In this document: one piece after another, positions 15,733 to 24,617 of the stretch
Layout of the letters: every line of letters begins with the position of its first letter
How positions within the stretch are numbered: position 1 is the first letter of the stretch
IMG/VR virus record: IMGVR_UViG_3300020044_002951
Span: 1-31,734 of that record
Origin: a virus
Taxonomy: Duplodnaviria > Caudoviricetes
Reading direction: 5' to 3' (one strand)
Length of the DNA stretch: 31,734 nt
Made by a program: the position numbers and the translations under genes
The notes under the pieces: model-generated
The model's database searches: none
Told to the model about the DNA's origin: nothing
What the model saw: the letters and a program-made list of their open reading frames with translations, nothing else

Positions 15733-15782
15733 ATACATAAACTAAGCTTTTCCGGCCGGTATTTCTATACTGGCTTTTTTTT
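15733..15782 (+). ncRNA. Putative ~50-nt small RNA ending in an intrinsic terminator
   Basis: Promoter directly upstream; GCCGGTAT-TTCT-ATACTGGC-T8 at 15755-15782; no ORF. Confidence 0.5.
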
Positions 15783-15936
15783 ACTTGTTGTAGTCCTTTG
15801 TTAAGAATCCAAACAATCCAATTATGGCAGCTAATCCAATTTGCTTCCAGTTGATAACTCCAGTTTCAATAATCGGTTGAACTGCTACGATAATTGCTAA
15901 TAATGCACCAGTCAAGGTTGTTTTTAAATTTGTCAT
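15781..15936 (-). CDS. Putative holin, 51 aa, two TM (MTNLKTTLTGALLAIIVAVQPIIETGVINWKQIGLAAIIGLFGFLTKDYNK); not in ORF track
   Basis: Translated by hand. N.KTT..G ... KD pattern, located in the lysis cassette. Confidence 0.7.
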   Translation of the reverse strand: MTNLKTTLTGALLAIIVAVQPIIETGVINWKQIGLAAIIGLFGFLTKDYNK

Positions 15937-15939
15937 ACT

Positions 15940-16128
15940 TTATTTTTTTTGTGATTGATAAGCCATGAATAAAGCTAAAGCAGCTAATACCGCAGAAATA
16001 ATTCCAACATTCATAAATGTAGCATTCATATTATGCTCATCTGCATAAGCGGAATCAATTTGAAGAAATGAAATGAATGACGTAAACGCCAAAATAGTCA
16101 TAATGTAAAACCAATGTTTAACTTGCAT
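15940..16128 (-). CDS. Two-TM membrane protein in the lysis region
   Basis: Two hydrophobic helices and a basic tail. Confidence 0.7.
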   Translation of the reverse strand: MQVKHWFYIMTILAFTSFISFLQIDSAYADEHNMNATFMNVGIISAVLAALALFMAYQSQKK

Positions 16129-16140
16129 ATATTTGAGTTT

Positions 16141-16365
16141 TTAATTACGGTCTTCTTTATTTTGCAAAGCTATTTTTATATCATTAATGCTTTGTTGAAC
16201 TGCATCTAATTTTTGAATAATCTTTTCAGAACTTTGCTCTTGTTTCTCTACTCTTATTTCCAAAGCAGTTAATCTAACATCTGTATTTTTCCAAAATACT
16301 AAAACGCTACCAATAACACAAACGCTTGCTATAAATAATTCTGTTATGTTAATCGCTCTTTTCAT
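16141..16365 (-). CDS. TM plus coiled-coil protein (holin/antiholin-like)
   Basis: N-terminal TM followed by heptad repeats. Confidence 0.65.
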   Translation of the reverse strand: MKRAINITELFIASVCVIGSVLVFWKNTDVRLTALEIRVEKQEQSSEKIIQKLDAVQQSINDIKIALQNKEDRN

Positions 16366-16691
16366 TTCTCAATACTTTTTATACTGTGATTATTATCTAA
16401 TAAATTTAGAAAACTATCTAATAATTTTCCTGTAAAAGTTAAATCATTATTCAGCTTAGCCCTACCCATTGCGCTGCTTATCGTCTCATCTTCATCTCCG
16501 AAATAATGTCCTTTAACTAATGTCAAATCAAATAACTTATCGCACACCACATTTCCAAGTTGGTCAGTTGAGATTAATATACGAAACAAGTATTCTCCCA
16601 CATTTCGGTAAAACATCCTGACTAACACACCGAGCGGAAAAATCACAACACACAAAATAATTGCAATATAAAACAACAACAGTTTCACCAT
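16362..16691 (-). CDS. Phage membrane protein (DQLGN...G..DETISS motif)
   Basis: N-terminal TM and a motif I recognise from phage lysis/tail regions. Confidence 0.7.
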   Translation of the reverse strand: MVKLLLFYIAIILCVVIFPLGVLVRMFYRNVGEYLFRILISTDQLGNVVCDKLFDLTLVKGHYFGDEDETISSAMGRAKLNNDLTFTGKLLDSFLNLLDNNHSIKSIEK

Positions 16692-16709
16692 AATTAGTTT
16701 TAAATACTC

Positions 16710-17144
16710 TTACCATTTACTTCCTTGCCCGTATTGTCTTATAACTGTATTAACCTTAACTGGCACATTCTCCGCTATATTATTAAAGAAATCAAATTGA
16801 CCTATCACACCCGGAGGATAATTTCCTTCCGCATCGGGAAGTACTATCGTTCCGTTGCTATCTACCTTTGTTGTGTTATCTGCTACATTCTCTTTAGTGT
16901 ATTTAGGTATGAAAGTCAGTTCTTCGCCGTAAGTAGAATCTACATTTGCTGACCAATAACTAATCTCCCAACTCAATGCTACATACTGCTTTGTTAGATT
17001 GTATGTCATTGTGAATAAAGATGCTTTTCTTTTTAATACTGTTCCATCAACTATCACATCGGGAATTTCTAATACGATAGGGTATTGTTGTGCAGTAACT
17101 GATAAGCTAAAAAGAATTGAGAATAAAAGGATAAGTTTTTTCAT
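16710..17144 (-). CDS. Signal-peptide-bearing protein, partner of the fibre-like gene
   Basis: MKKLILLFSILFSLSVTA|QQ is a classical SPI signal with Gln at +1. Confidence 0.75.
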   Translation of the reverse strand: MKKLILLFSILFSLSVTAQQYPIVLEIPDVIVDGTVLKRKASLFTMTYNLTKQYVALSWEISYWSANVDSTYGEELTFIPKYTKENVADNTTKVDSNGTIVLPDAEGNYPPGVIGQFDFFNNIAENVPVKVNTVIRQYGQGSKW

Positions 17145-17146
17145 TA

Positions 17147-19375
17147 TTATTTAATTATCGTCACCTTAAATGTGGCTTGTGCAGGGTCTATCGCACCGCT
17201 TGAATAATTGTTGAAACGTACAGTCACGACTCCACTTGAGCTAACCCAAGCCGTATAACATGAATTAGCATTTACGGCAGCGTTAGGAACTCCCAAAGAA
17301 ACCGCATCACCATCAACCGCACCTGTTAAGGTAATCGTTAAATCTGAACTATTTTGAGCGTTTGTACTTGCAAAGTTTAAAGATGCAGTTGCGAATATTT
17401 CGTTTGCGACTTGTTGCCAACCTGCACCCGTACCCCTGCGAATATAAACTGCCGAATCCGTAGTATTAAACACACTCAATCCTGTTGCAGGAGTGCTTAT
17501 AGCATTCATTTGAGTTGTGGTAAGGCGTGGTTGTAAAAATCCTTGTGTTGTACTTGAAACTTCTAACCCTGCACTTGCTGATGGGGAAATAGTATTGATA
17601 CCTATTCTGCCATTTAAGGTTACAATTTGATTTGCAACAGTTGCGTTTTGTTGTGCATAAAAAGGGCTTTGTGTTTGGTCGGCAGAATAATTTGCTCTTA
17701 ATAATGAATTAATAAAAATTTGATTTCCTACGTTTGTATTATTAAATCCCGCATAAGCACCTATTCCTATATTAAAATCCTGTTGTGTACTTTGCAAAGC
17801 AGCATAACCAATAGCAGTATTTAGACCAAAAGTTGTGATAGATTGTAATGTACCACTACCTACTGCAACATTAAATCCTCCACTTGTTAAACTTGACATT
17901 GCAGATTGTCCTACCATTGTATTATTTTGACCGCTACCTACAGTCGCTCCTGCTAAATTTCCGACTGCAGTATTACTTGTACCTGAAGCATTTTGTAATG
18001 CTTTAAATCCAAATGCGGTTGTATTTGTTCCCGTTCCTGTTGTTCTAAATCCTAATGTAGTTCTACCTCCATTCCCAAAACTTTGATTTGTACTATCTAT
18101 TACTCCTGATATTACATTATTTCTTCTAAATACTAAATCCTGATTATCTGTTGTACCTAAAAAGTTTGTTGCATCACTTGTTCCCGAATTACCTAATAAT
18201 CCCCATCCTGCCGCTCCCGTTGAATCTCTAAAAGCAAAGTTATTAGTTCCCCCTCTTACAAAGAATACTGAATCACTTGCAGTCTTACGAAATACGTTTG
18301 TTATCCATTTATTTGTTGTATCACTTGGCTTAACATATCTATTTCCTATCGCTACCAATGGACTCACATCATGCCATAAAGAATCAACCCGGCTAAACTG
18401 AAGTAAAACAGAATCAGCAGGTACTATTGGTATTGATACATCGCTCAACTCATCTAATTGCCATCCGTTCTCTATTTTAATCTCAATACTCCCAAATGTA
18501 GGATGCGCCCTTGTCACGCTTCCGAGTTTACAAATATGATAAGGTGCTAATGGCTTTGTAGTTGTATATCCACCCGGTACAGTTGGACTCAAATAAAGTA
18601 TATCCCCATCTACATAAGATGAAGTCGGCAGATTTAAGTTTCCGATATTACCTGCTTGAATAACAATGCCTGCTGAATTGTCTGCTATATCCCCATCAAC
18701 TAAAGCAAATGTTTTATAACTATTTTCTTCATTGTTAGCTTCTGCAAGTGCAATGGTAGGTAAATTGCTTGAATGCCTGCCGCTAATATACACAACGCTA
18801 CCTCTTAATATTGTCGCTCCTGTATTATTCCAAACCCTTGTTATTAATCTTGTCGCTGAAGTTACCGAACTAATTGTGATATTTGAAGTTGTTGTACCTT
18901 TAATGACTTGTATAGTTGAGTCATTCAATTTAGTTACTGAACTTACAAATTTATTTGTAGTGTCTATTTTTCTAAGATAAGGTAAAAGCATGGCTGCACT
19001 ATCGGTATATTTGACACGTTGGTCAATTCTATTACTCAAAAATATTGTGTCCGCTTTTCGCAGATATGCCGAAAGCATTTGAGCCGTATCGGAATACTTA
19101 ACGAATAAACTTGCATCTGCACTCTTAATTGTATCCCAAGCTTGCAATTTCGGATTGAAAAAGTAAAATCGGTTGTTGCAGGAATCAAACGCTAACGCTC
19201 CCTTTTTAGTTACATTGCTTCCTAATCTCGGTACTCCACAAAAAGTTGGAATCTGAATCGTAGAATCAAAATTCATCCTGAATGTAGTATATCCATACTG
19301 TGGCATGATTTGATAAACCTGCGCCTTACTAACAAACCCAATCAATAAAAATAGAATTATAAACTTATATCGCAT
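17147..19375 (-). CDS. Fibre/adhesin-like trimeric protein with Sec signal peptide
   Basis: MRYKFIILFLLIGFVSKA|Q signal; KY.D.A.ML..YLRK.DT repeats; W.L.GN.GT...NFLGTTDN.DL.FR.NN; YadA-head-like NTAVG..A repeats; GRIGINT.SP..SA.LEV.STTQGFL.PR motif. Confidence 0.8.
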   Translation of the reverse strand: MRYKFIILFLLIGFVSKAQVYQIMPQYGYTTFRMNFDSTIQIPTFCGVPRLGSNVTKKGALAFDSCNNRFYFFNPKLQAWDTIKSADASLFVKYSDTAQMLSAYLRKADTIFLSNRIDQRVKYTDSAAMLLPYLRKIDTTNKFVSSVTKLNDSTIQVIKGTTTSNITISSVTSATRLITRVWNNTGATILRGSVVYISGRHSSNLPTIALAEANNEENSYKTFALVDGDIADNSAGIVIQAGNIGNLNLPTSSYVDGDILYLSPTVPGGYTTTKPLAPYHICKLGSVTRAHPTFGSIEIKIENGWQLDELSDVSIPIVPADSVLLQFSRVDSLWHDVSPLVAIGNRYVKPSDTTNKWITNVFRKTASDSVFFVRGGTNNFAFRDSTGAAGWGLLGNSGTSDATNFLGTTDNQDLVFRRNNVISGVIDSTNQSFGNGGRTTLGFRTTGTGTNTTAFGFKALQNASGTSNTAVGNLAGATVGSGQNNTMVGQSAMSSLTSGGFNVAVGSGTLQSITTFGLNTAIGYAALQSTQQDFNIGIGAYAGFNNTNVGNQIFINSLLRANYSADQTQSPFYAQQNATVANQIVTLNGRIGINTISPSASAGLEVSSTTQGFLQPRLTTTQMNAISTPATGLSVFNTTDSAVYIRRGTGAGWQQVANEIFATASLNFASTNAQNSSDLTITLTGAVDGDAVSLGVPNAAVNANSCYTAWVSSSGVVTVRFNNYSSGAIDPAQATFKVTIIK

Positions 19376-19788
19376 GCGTCAAATTTAGAAATTGCATTTA
19401 AATTAAAAGTTAAACCAACACCGCTCAAATAATCTTCATATTTTTCGCTGATAGCATCCCAATTAATATTCGTATCTATCAAATAGGAATTGCTTTGCTT
19501 TCTTAAATTACTAATCACATCCGCAGCTATTGAATGTTGGTCGCTTGTTATCTCTGTTTCAAACTCACCCTCTAATCCGCTCTTATCTAAAAACCACATT
19601 TGGATATTAAACACTTGCTCACGACCTGCATTCAACTGACCTGAATTGATTACAAAGCAAGCTACCGGGAATACAGGTTGCTCATCCCAATTTAACCAGT
19701 TTGTTGGAGGATTGAACTTTACCGTCTTTATTAACGGATGTGCTTCCAACTTTGTCTGTATTTCCTTTACTACTTGATTGTAGGTCAT
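19357..19788 (-). CDS. Putative tail terminator / head-tail joining protein
   Basis: Size, position and the YP/FP-plus-beta-strand pattern. Confidence 0.6.
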   Translation of the reverse strand: MTYNQVVKEIQTKLEAHPLIKTVKFNPPTNWLNWDEQPVFPVACFVINSGQLNAGREQVFNIQMWFLDKSGLEGEFETEITSDQHSIAADVISNLRKQSNSYLIDTNINWDAISEKYEDYLSGVGLTFNLNAISKFDACDISL

Positions 19789-19843
19789 TGTTAAACTTTT
19801 CTTTTACTTTTTTAATGTACTCCGGTGTATAACCTTTGCCCAT
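19682..19843 (-). CDS. Small basic protein starting MGKGYTPEYIKKVKE
   Basis: ATG 1 nt after the adaptor stop; the 3' part overlaps the next gene. Confidence 0.4.
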   Translation of the reverse strand: MGKGYTPEYIKKVKEKFNNDLQSSSKGNTDKVGSTSVNKDGKVQSSNKLVKLG

Positions 19844-19844
19844 A

Positions 19845-20633
19845 CTATTTATATAAGAATGTGAATAATTCTCCTGCCATTGCAACATCTCCAGTAGGTA
19901 GGTAAATATTACCACCCAAAATCTGAATCTCTTGTGTGTTGCTTGTTGTAGTTTTTACAATCTTTTTAGTAAGTCCACCTCTTGCTGCTATGATAGTTTC
20001 TCTGCCTATCAAATCATTCACAAGGAATGAAGTCTCACCACCAACCGCAGTATAGTAAACAGTAACCAATGAAGGTACTGAACTTGAACTATTGGCATAA
20101 GTAGGATTAGCAGTATAACCTTCGCCCAAATAAATCGGTGATGTGTAACTTTTCGTAATTGGGAAAATTACATCTACTGCCAAAGTTTGATTTAAGTACT
20201 CGTAAAACAAAGTGTAATTTTCTTGTAAATAACGAATCATGCGAGTATTATAAAACTCTGCCATTGATTTATACTTCTGTTCTAACAACTCCAAATCTCC
20301 ACGTGAAGGTGTATTACTTTCTTCACTTGTCTTTTGTAAAAATCCCTTTGAGAAAAGTTGGTAACCCATAACCATTGGAAGCATGCTCATAGTGTACCAC
20401 ACCAACGTATCGGTAATATAGTCATCAATCAATCCTTTCTCTGCGTTGTTAAGATTGTCAGCTTGTATGCCGGCTAATAACCTATTATAAAGAGTTGAAC
20501 CTAAAGATGGTTGAATGTAGATGTCGGCAGCTACTTTAATCATAGGTCTTAACTGTTTCCCATCAATAGCATTACTGGCCCCTGTTCTTTCTTTAAAAAG
20601 ATTCTCGGTTATGAAAAGTATGTTTTTACTCAT
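19845..20633 (-). CDS. Putative head-tail adaptor / head completion protein with C-terminal beta extension
   Basis: Follows the portal. Helical N-terminal ~170 aa (I..A...YI...LG..LY..L) plus a beta-rich tail. Confidence 0.65.
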   Translation of the reverse strand: MSKNILFITENLFKERTGASNAIDGKQLRPMIKVAADIYIQPSLGSTLYNRLLAGIQADNLNNAEKGLIDDYITDTLVWYTMSMLPMVMGYQLFSKGFLQKTSEESNTPSRGDLELLEQKYKSMAEFYNTRMIRYLQENYTLFYEYLNQTLAVDVIFPITKSYTSPIYLGEGYTANPTYANSSSSVPSLVTVYYTAVGGETSFLVNDLIGRETIIAARGGLTKKIVKTTTSNTQEIQILGGNIYLPTGDVAMAGELFTFLYK

Positions 20634-22618
20634 TGTTTTCTTTTTACTAAATTAACTTTCCATTCGTGTCTGCAATATGGTCTGTGTGTACCATCGCTCA
20701 TAGTCAACCATCCGCCTCTCCTATCCCATACAGAATATCCTACACGCTCGCTAATTGTTTCAATATCACTACGAGAATATAATCTATTTAAAGTTAAAAG
20801 TTGAGCGCAGAATAATCTATTCCTTGAATCCTTTGGACCTTCATACGAATACCTAATAAGTATCTCATCGGTCTTTGGGTTTTTACCTTCTAACTCTGAA
20901 GGTGGTTTCATTACCTCACGCTCAATAATTTGGTCAGTTCCTATCTTTGAAATATTAGCTTTAATTAGTTTCTTTTCAATTAATCCTTTTATAGTTTCTT
21001 CAATAACCTTAACATCTATTTTTAGAGTTGATGCCAACACCTCAGGAGTTATTCTTTTATCCTTATTGATTAAATCTAAAATATTAGCTTCTAACTGATT
21101 GAGTTGTTTTTGTTCAGCAAAGTAATCAAACTCATTCGCTGATTTGCTTTGTAAAATCTCAAAAATATCTCTACTTTCACCGCATAAAGAAAACTCTTGA
21201 ATCAGTCTTTCATCTTCGTTAGTGGAAAATTTTTGTATTTCATCGTCTGTTAGTGGAGAATTATCTATTCCTAAGAACGTATTTACGTCATCTTCTGTAA
21301 AATTAAATCCGTTCTTTAACATTAAAGATGCCTGCTCTTTAGTTAGTTTGCCGTTTCCAAACTGCCTAACTATTCTCATTACGTTTTGATATTGTCTGCC
21401 GGATAGATTCCTAATTGCTTCGTTCATCTGTGCAGGTGCTTCCAGTTGGTTAGTATCTGTAACCGCCTTAGCACCATCTGCAGTCACCTGATTAGCTTCC
21501 AATGGCTCACGTCCTAATATCTCACGTATCTCATTTTGCGTTAGGTTAGCACTTATAATTGCTTCGCCAAATTCAAATTTAAGCGGCTCAACTGGTTGAA
21601 TTGTAAACTCACCCTGTTCGCCTTTAAGATTTCTGAATTTAGTAAAAATAGTTTCTAATTGCTGTTGTTGATTAGCTACGTATGTATTATTGAAAATCTC
21701 ATAGGCATCCCTAATTTCATTTCTCGCTCCTAATTGTCCGCTTTCTTTGATTCCGAAAAGAATAGGTGATGTAATCTGATGTGAAGTAAATACCTCTGCT
21801 TGTATTAAATTATTGACATTAGTAAAATCTTCTTTGGTAAGCATTGACGCTCCCAAGTCCAAAATGTCAGCACTATTCTCTTTTGACTTATTGAACATTA
21901 TCACAACACGCTTTCCATCGTGACCTGTGAACTTCTTTAAAAGTTGGCGCTCAACTTCGCCTTTATGTTCCTCTCCTATTGGGTCTCCGTTGTTAAGATT
22001 TACAAGTTTTGAACCTACAAAACCTTGTTTAGCGTTACCTAAAATATGCCGAGAAACCTCAATATCTGACTCAATGTAATTCAGACCTTGGAAATAACTC
22101 GGCAAAGGATACGTATCTGAACTTGGGTTATATGCTTTATAGTAGAAAATTTGACTGCCTACCGGGTTATTAACATTGAATGCATCATAACATCTCGGCT
22201 TTTCTCTAAAATCTTTCCAATCGTTTTTAACGTAGAATTTAGACAAATCCTTTGATACTCTTACTTTGTGGAACTCTAAGTGATAAATTTCAGAAACTTG
22301 CTTAGAACGGTTCCAAATGACCTGAAAATAGTAACCTCTGTATAGTTCATTATCTAATATGCATTTTCTTAAAAGTTCATTCCATGATTCACTACTATTT
22401 GCTTGTCCTGCTTCTTCAAATCCTTTTCCATAAATGTATGTGCTTTTTCCTTTGACTATTGCTCCATGTTTAGGTGACTCGTTATAAAGTGAAAGTAAAT
22501 ATTCAGGATAATCATTTTCCGCACCAAACTCCACATAACCTTTACCTTTCTTTTCCTCAAATTTAGGTTTTTGAGCAGTATCAAATTGTAAAACTATGTG
22601 CTTATAATTATTTTCCAT
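20630..22618 (-). CDS. Portal protein with C-terminal wHTH-like and MuF-like extensions
   Basis: FG..N.YP.YL..LYN.S..H.AI..GK; H.ITSP.LFGI...G.LG; LT.NEIRE.LG.EPL; then a ~290-aa extension. Confidence 0.85.
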   Translation of the reverse strand: MENNYKHIVLQFDTAQKPKFEEKKGKGYVEFGAENDYPEYLLSLYNESPKHGAIVKGKSTYIYGKGFEEAGQANSSESWNELLRKCILDNELYRGYYFQVIWNRSKQVSEIYHLEFHKVRVSKDLSKFYVKNDWKDFREKPRCYDAFNVNNPVGSQIFYYKAYNPSSDTYPLPSYFQGLNYIESDIEVSRHILGNAKQGFVGSKLVNLNNGDPIGEEHKGEVERQLLKKFTGHDGKRVVIMFNKSKENSADILDLGASMLTKEDFTNVNNLIQAEVFTSHQITSPILFGIKESGQLGARNEIRDAYEIFNNTYVANQQQQLETIFTKFRNLKGEQGEFTIQPVEPLKFEFGEAIISANLTQNEIREILGREPLEANQVTADGAKAVTDTNQLEAPAQMNEAIRNLSGRQYQNVMRIVRQFGNGKLTKEQASLMLKNGFNFTEDDVNTFLGIDNSPLTDDEIQKFSTNEDERLIQEFSLCGESRDIFEILQSKSANEFDYFAEQKQLNQLEANILDLINKDKRITPEVLASTLKIDVKVIEETIKGLIEKKLIKANISKIGTDQIIEREVMKPPSELEGKNPKTDEILIRYSYEGPKDSRNRLFCAQLLTLNRLYSRSDIETISERVGYSVWDRRGGWLTMSDGTHRPYCRHEWKVNLVKRKQ

Positions 22619-22979
22619 AAGTTATAAATGTGTTAGTTTGTTTTGTGTATTTAGTTGGTGTGAACTCTGTCGCTGGATATAAAACCATGTAACCTTCTTC
22701 AACTTTATTTTTGCCTGCGGTATCAGTTCCACTTGCTGAAGATTGTTCATAAACCTCATATTTCCAAAATCCATTATCACCATTTACAAAATATGTATTA
22801 ACCACTAAACTAAATGAATCAATCCTTTGTGTTGTACTGATATTCGTTGCAACAAATTTAACTATTTCATTTGTAACTCTGTGGGTAAACACAAATAAAA
22901 AATAAGGATTAGTCAGCAACGCATTTTCTGTGCCGGTAAACCTTACCGTTTGTGTTTGTCCTTTAGTTAGTGTTATCAT
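22608..22979 (-). CDS. Putative virion structural protein
   Basis: Beta-rich 123-aa ORF between the tail tube and portal. Confidence 0.6.
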   Translation of the reverse strand: MITLTKGQTQTVRFTGTENALLTNPYFLFVFTHRVTNEIVKFVATNISTTQRIDSFSLVVNTYFVNGDNGFWKYEVYEQSSASGTDTAGKNKVEEGYMVLYPATEFTPTKYTKQTNTFITYGK

Positions 22980-22982
22980 ATT

Positions 22983-23010
22983 AAAAAAACCCCACCCAAT
23001 AGGGCAGGGC
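22983..23010 (-). terminator. Intrinsic terminator after the tail tube gene
   Basis: GCCCTGCCC-TATT-GGGTGGGG followed by T7. Confidence 0.75.
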
Positions 23011-23035
23011 TATAAATTTAATCAATGAAAAAGTA

Positions 23036-23572
23036 TTAACCTGCAGTTTCCAAAGTAGCAGCGATGTTAGCCGGTACTACAAGGAAATCTTCACGCTCAA
23101 CTGATGTCAAAGTCAGCATCGCACCATTTCTATCTCCGGCAGCAGTTCCGCTTCCTGATTCAGCAGTATCTAAAAACAAACCAAATGAAGCACCATACAA
23201 ACGGAAAGTTCCATCCATTTCTTTAGTACAAATCGTTAAACGTGCTTGAGCTAAAGTGCTGATAAGGTTTCTTACAGTAGCAGTTCTGCTATTTATAGGA
23301 AACATAACTTGGTGAGTATAGAATATAGTTCCGTTCTCTTGGCTACCAGTTAAGTTTGTAGAAGCAACCGCAGTTTGACGTGGTACTTCTATTTTATAAA
23401 ATCTTTTACCGCTATTTTTAGTAAGAGCAGTTACAGTACCAGAAGTTTGAATAACACGAGTGTTACCTGAAGCATCGTAAAGAGCAGAGTTTTCAATAAC
23501 GTAAATGACCTCTATTCCCCCAACAGATTCCCTACAGTCTATACTATATCCCGCTGAAAGTGCACATGGCAT
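23036..23572 (-). CDS. Putative major tail tube protein
   Basis: M.C.L..G...DC..SVGGI; ENGT.FY; SG.A.GDRNG..LT. Lies directly after the capsid gene. Confidence 0.7.
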   Translation of the reverse strand: MPCALSAGYSIDCRESVGGIEVIYVIENSALYDASGNTRVIQTSGTVTALTKNSGKRFYKIEVPRQTAVASTNLTGSQENGTIFYTHQVMFPINSRTATVRNLISTLAQARLTICTKEMDGTFRLYGASFGLFLDTAESGSGTAAGDRNGAMLTLTSVEREDFLVVPANIAATLETAG

Positions 23573-23599
23573 GGTATTATATTTTAATTTTTTATAATA

Positions 23600-23632
23600 A
23601 GTAAAGAGCGGCAGTATTTAAACTACCGCCCC
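23600..23632 (-). terminator. Hairpin (weak terminator or stabiliser) after the capsid gene
   Basis: GGGGCGGTAG-TTTAAATA-CTGCCGCTCT followed by a short interrupted T tract. Confidence 0.55.
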
Positions 23633-23638
23633 GATTAA

Positions 23639-24598
23639 TTAGATAAGAGCTTTGAAAGCAACCGCTTCAGTTGGGAACGCTACGTTCACACCCATTTTGA
23701 ACTCTACTCTGTAACGTACATCGTTATTATCTTCGCTGTACCACATTTTGTATGAGTTTTCTTCGTCTACCAAATCAACTGCCAAAGCAATATTTGAAAG
23801 AGAGATAGCGTAAGCATCACCAGTTCCGTTCAAACCATTAACCGCAACTACTTCAATGTTTGTAGCAGGAAGGATGAATGATTGAGCGTTAGTGTCTTGT
23901 GGATTGTAAGAGAACATATTTTTCTCTCTGTAAGCCAAAATCAACAAACGATACCAGTCATTACCTACGAAAATTTTAACATCTCCTTTGTTGATTATTG
24001 AAACCGGGATAGCTTTGTAAACACCTTCAGTAGCAGCGATTACATTTGAAGCAGAAACAGTTGTTACAACACCACCACTTACAAAACCTGAAGTATTAGC
24101 AAGTACTGGAGAACCTGCATCAATCAATTTGATAAGACCATCAAATTTGTTAAGGTTTGCAGTTGCAGAACCAGTATCACCCTGCCATAGAGCAGTTTCT
24201 AATTGAGCAGCGATACGTGTATTTTTCTTTGCTAAGAAAGCAGCTTGAAAGTCAGCGTTGCCGAAATCTTCGTAAGTGCTACCAGCCTTGAGTGCCTCTT
24301 GCGTAAAGTACGCTTCAAGGTCCTTAGGACATATGCGTTCTTCAACTTTAATTTTACCTACAGTAACCGTACGTTGGCTAAAAGTTGTGGTTCCTGAAGG
24401 GTCAAAAGAACATGACTGAGTACCAAATACTGCATCGGTATCCATTAAAGGAATTGCTACTGCAGATTTAGCGTTAGGAATAACGATACCGCCATCCTTA
24501 ATTAATTGCTGAGTTTTTGCATCAAAAACCGCAGATGTTAAAAGAGGTTTTACTAATTGTTTAGTATAAGTAGATAAACCTGAAAATGCTAATGCCAT
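23639..24598 (-). CDS. Major capsid protein (HK97 fold)
   Basis: 319 aa after protease and scaffold; C.F...G.TT..QR...V; IAAQLETALWQGD....FDG. Confidence 0.88.
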   Translation of the reverse strand: MALAFSGLSTYTKQLVKPLLTSAVFDAKTQQLIKDGGIVIPNAKSAVAIPLMDTDAVFGTQSCSFDPSGTTTFSQRTVTVGKIKVEERICPKDLEAYFTQEALKAGSTYEDFGNADFQAAFLAKKNTRIAAQLETALWQGDTGSATANLNKFDGLIKLIDAGSPVLANTSGFVSGGVVTTVSASNVIAATEGVYKAIPVSIINKGDVKIFVGNDWYRLLILAYREKNMFSYNPQDTNAQSFILPATNIEVVAVNGLNGTGDAYAISLSNIALAVDLVDEENSYKMWYSEDNNDVRYRVEFKMGVNVAFPTEAVAFKALI

Positions 24599-24617
24599 GA
24601 TTGTTTATTTTTAAAAT

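Noticed and set aside
17147-19375. Diversity-generating retroelement target or invertible fibre tip
   Set aside because: No reverse transcriptase or invertase in the window, and no template/variable repeat pair seen.
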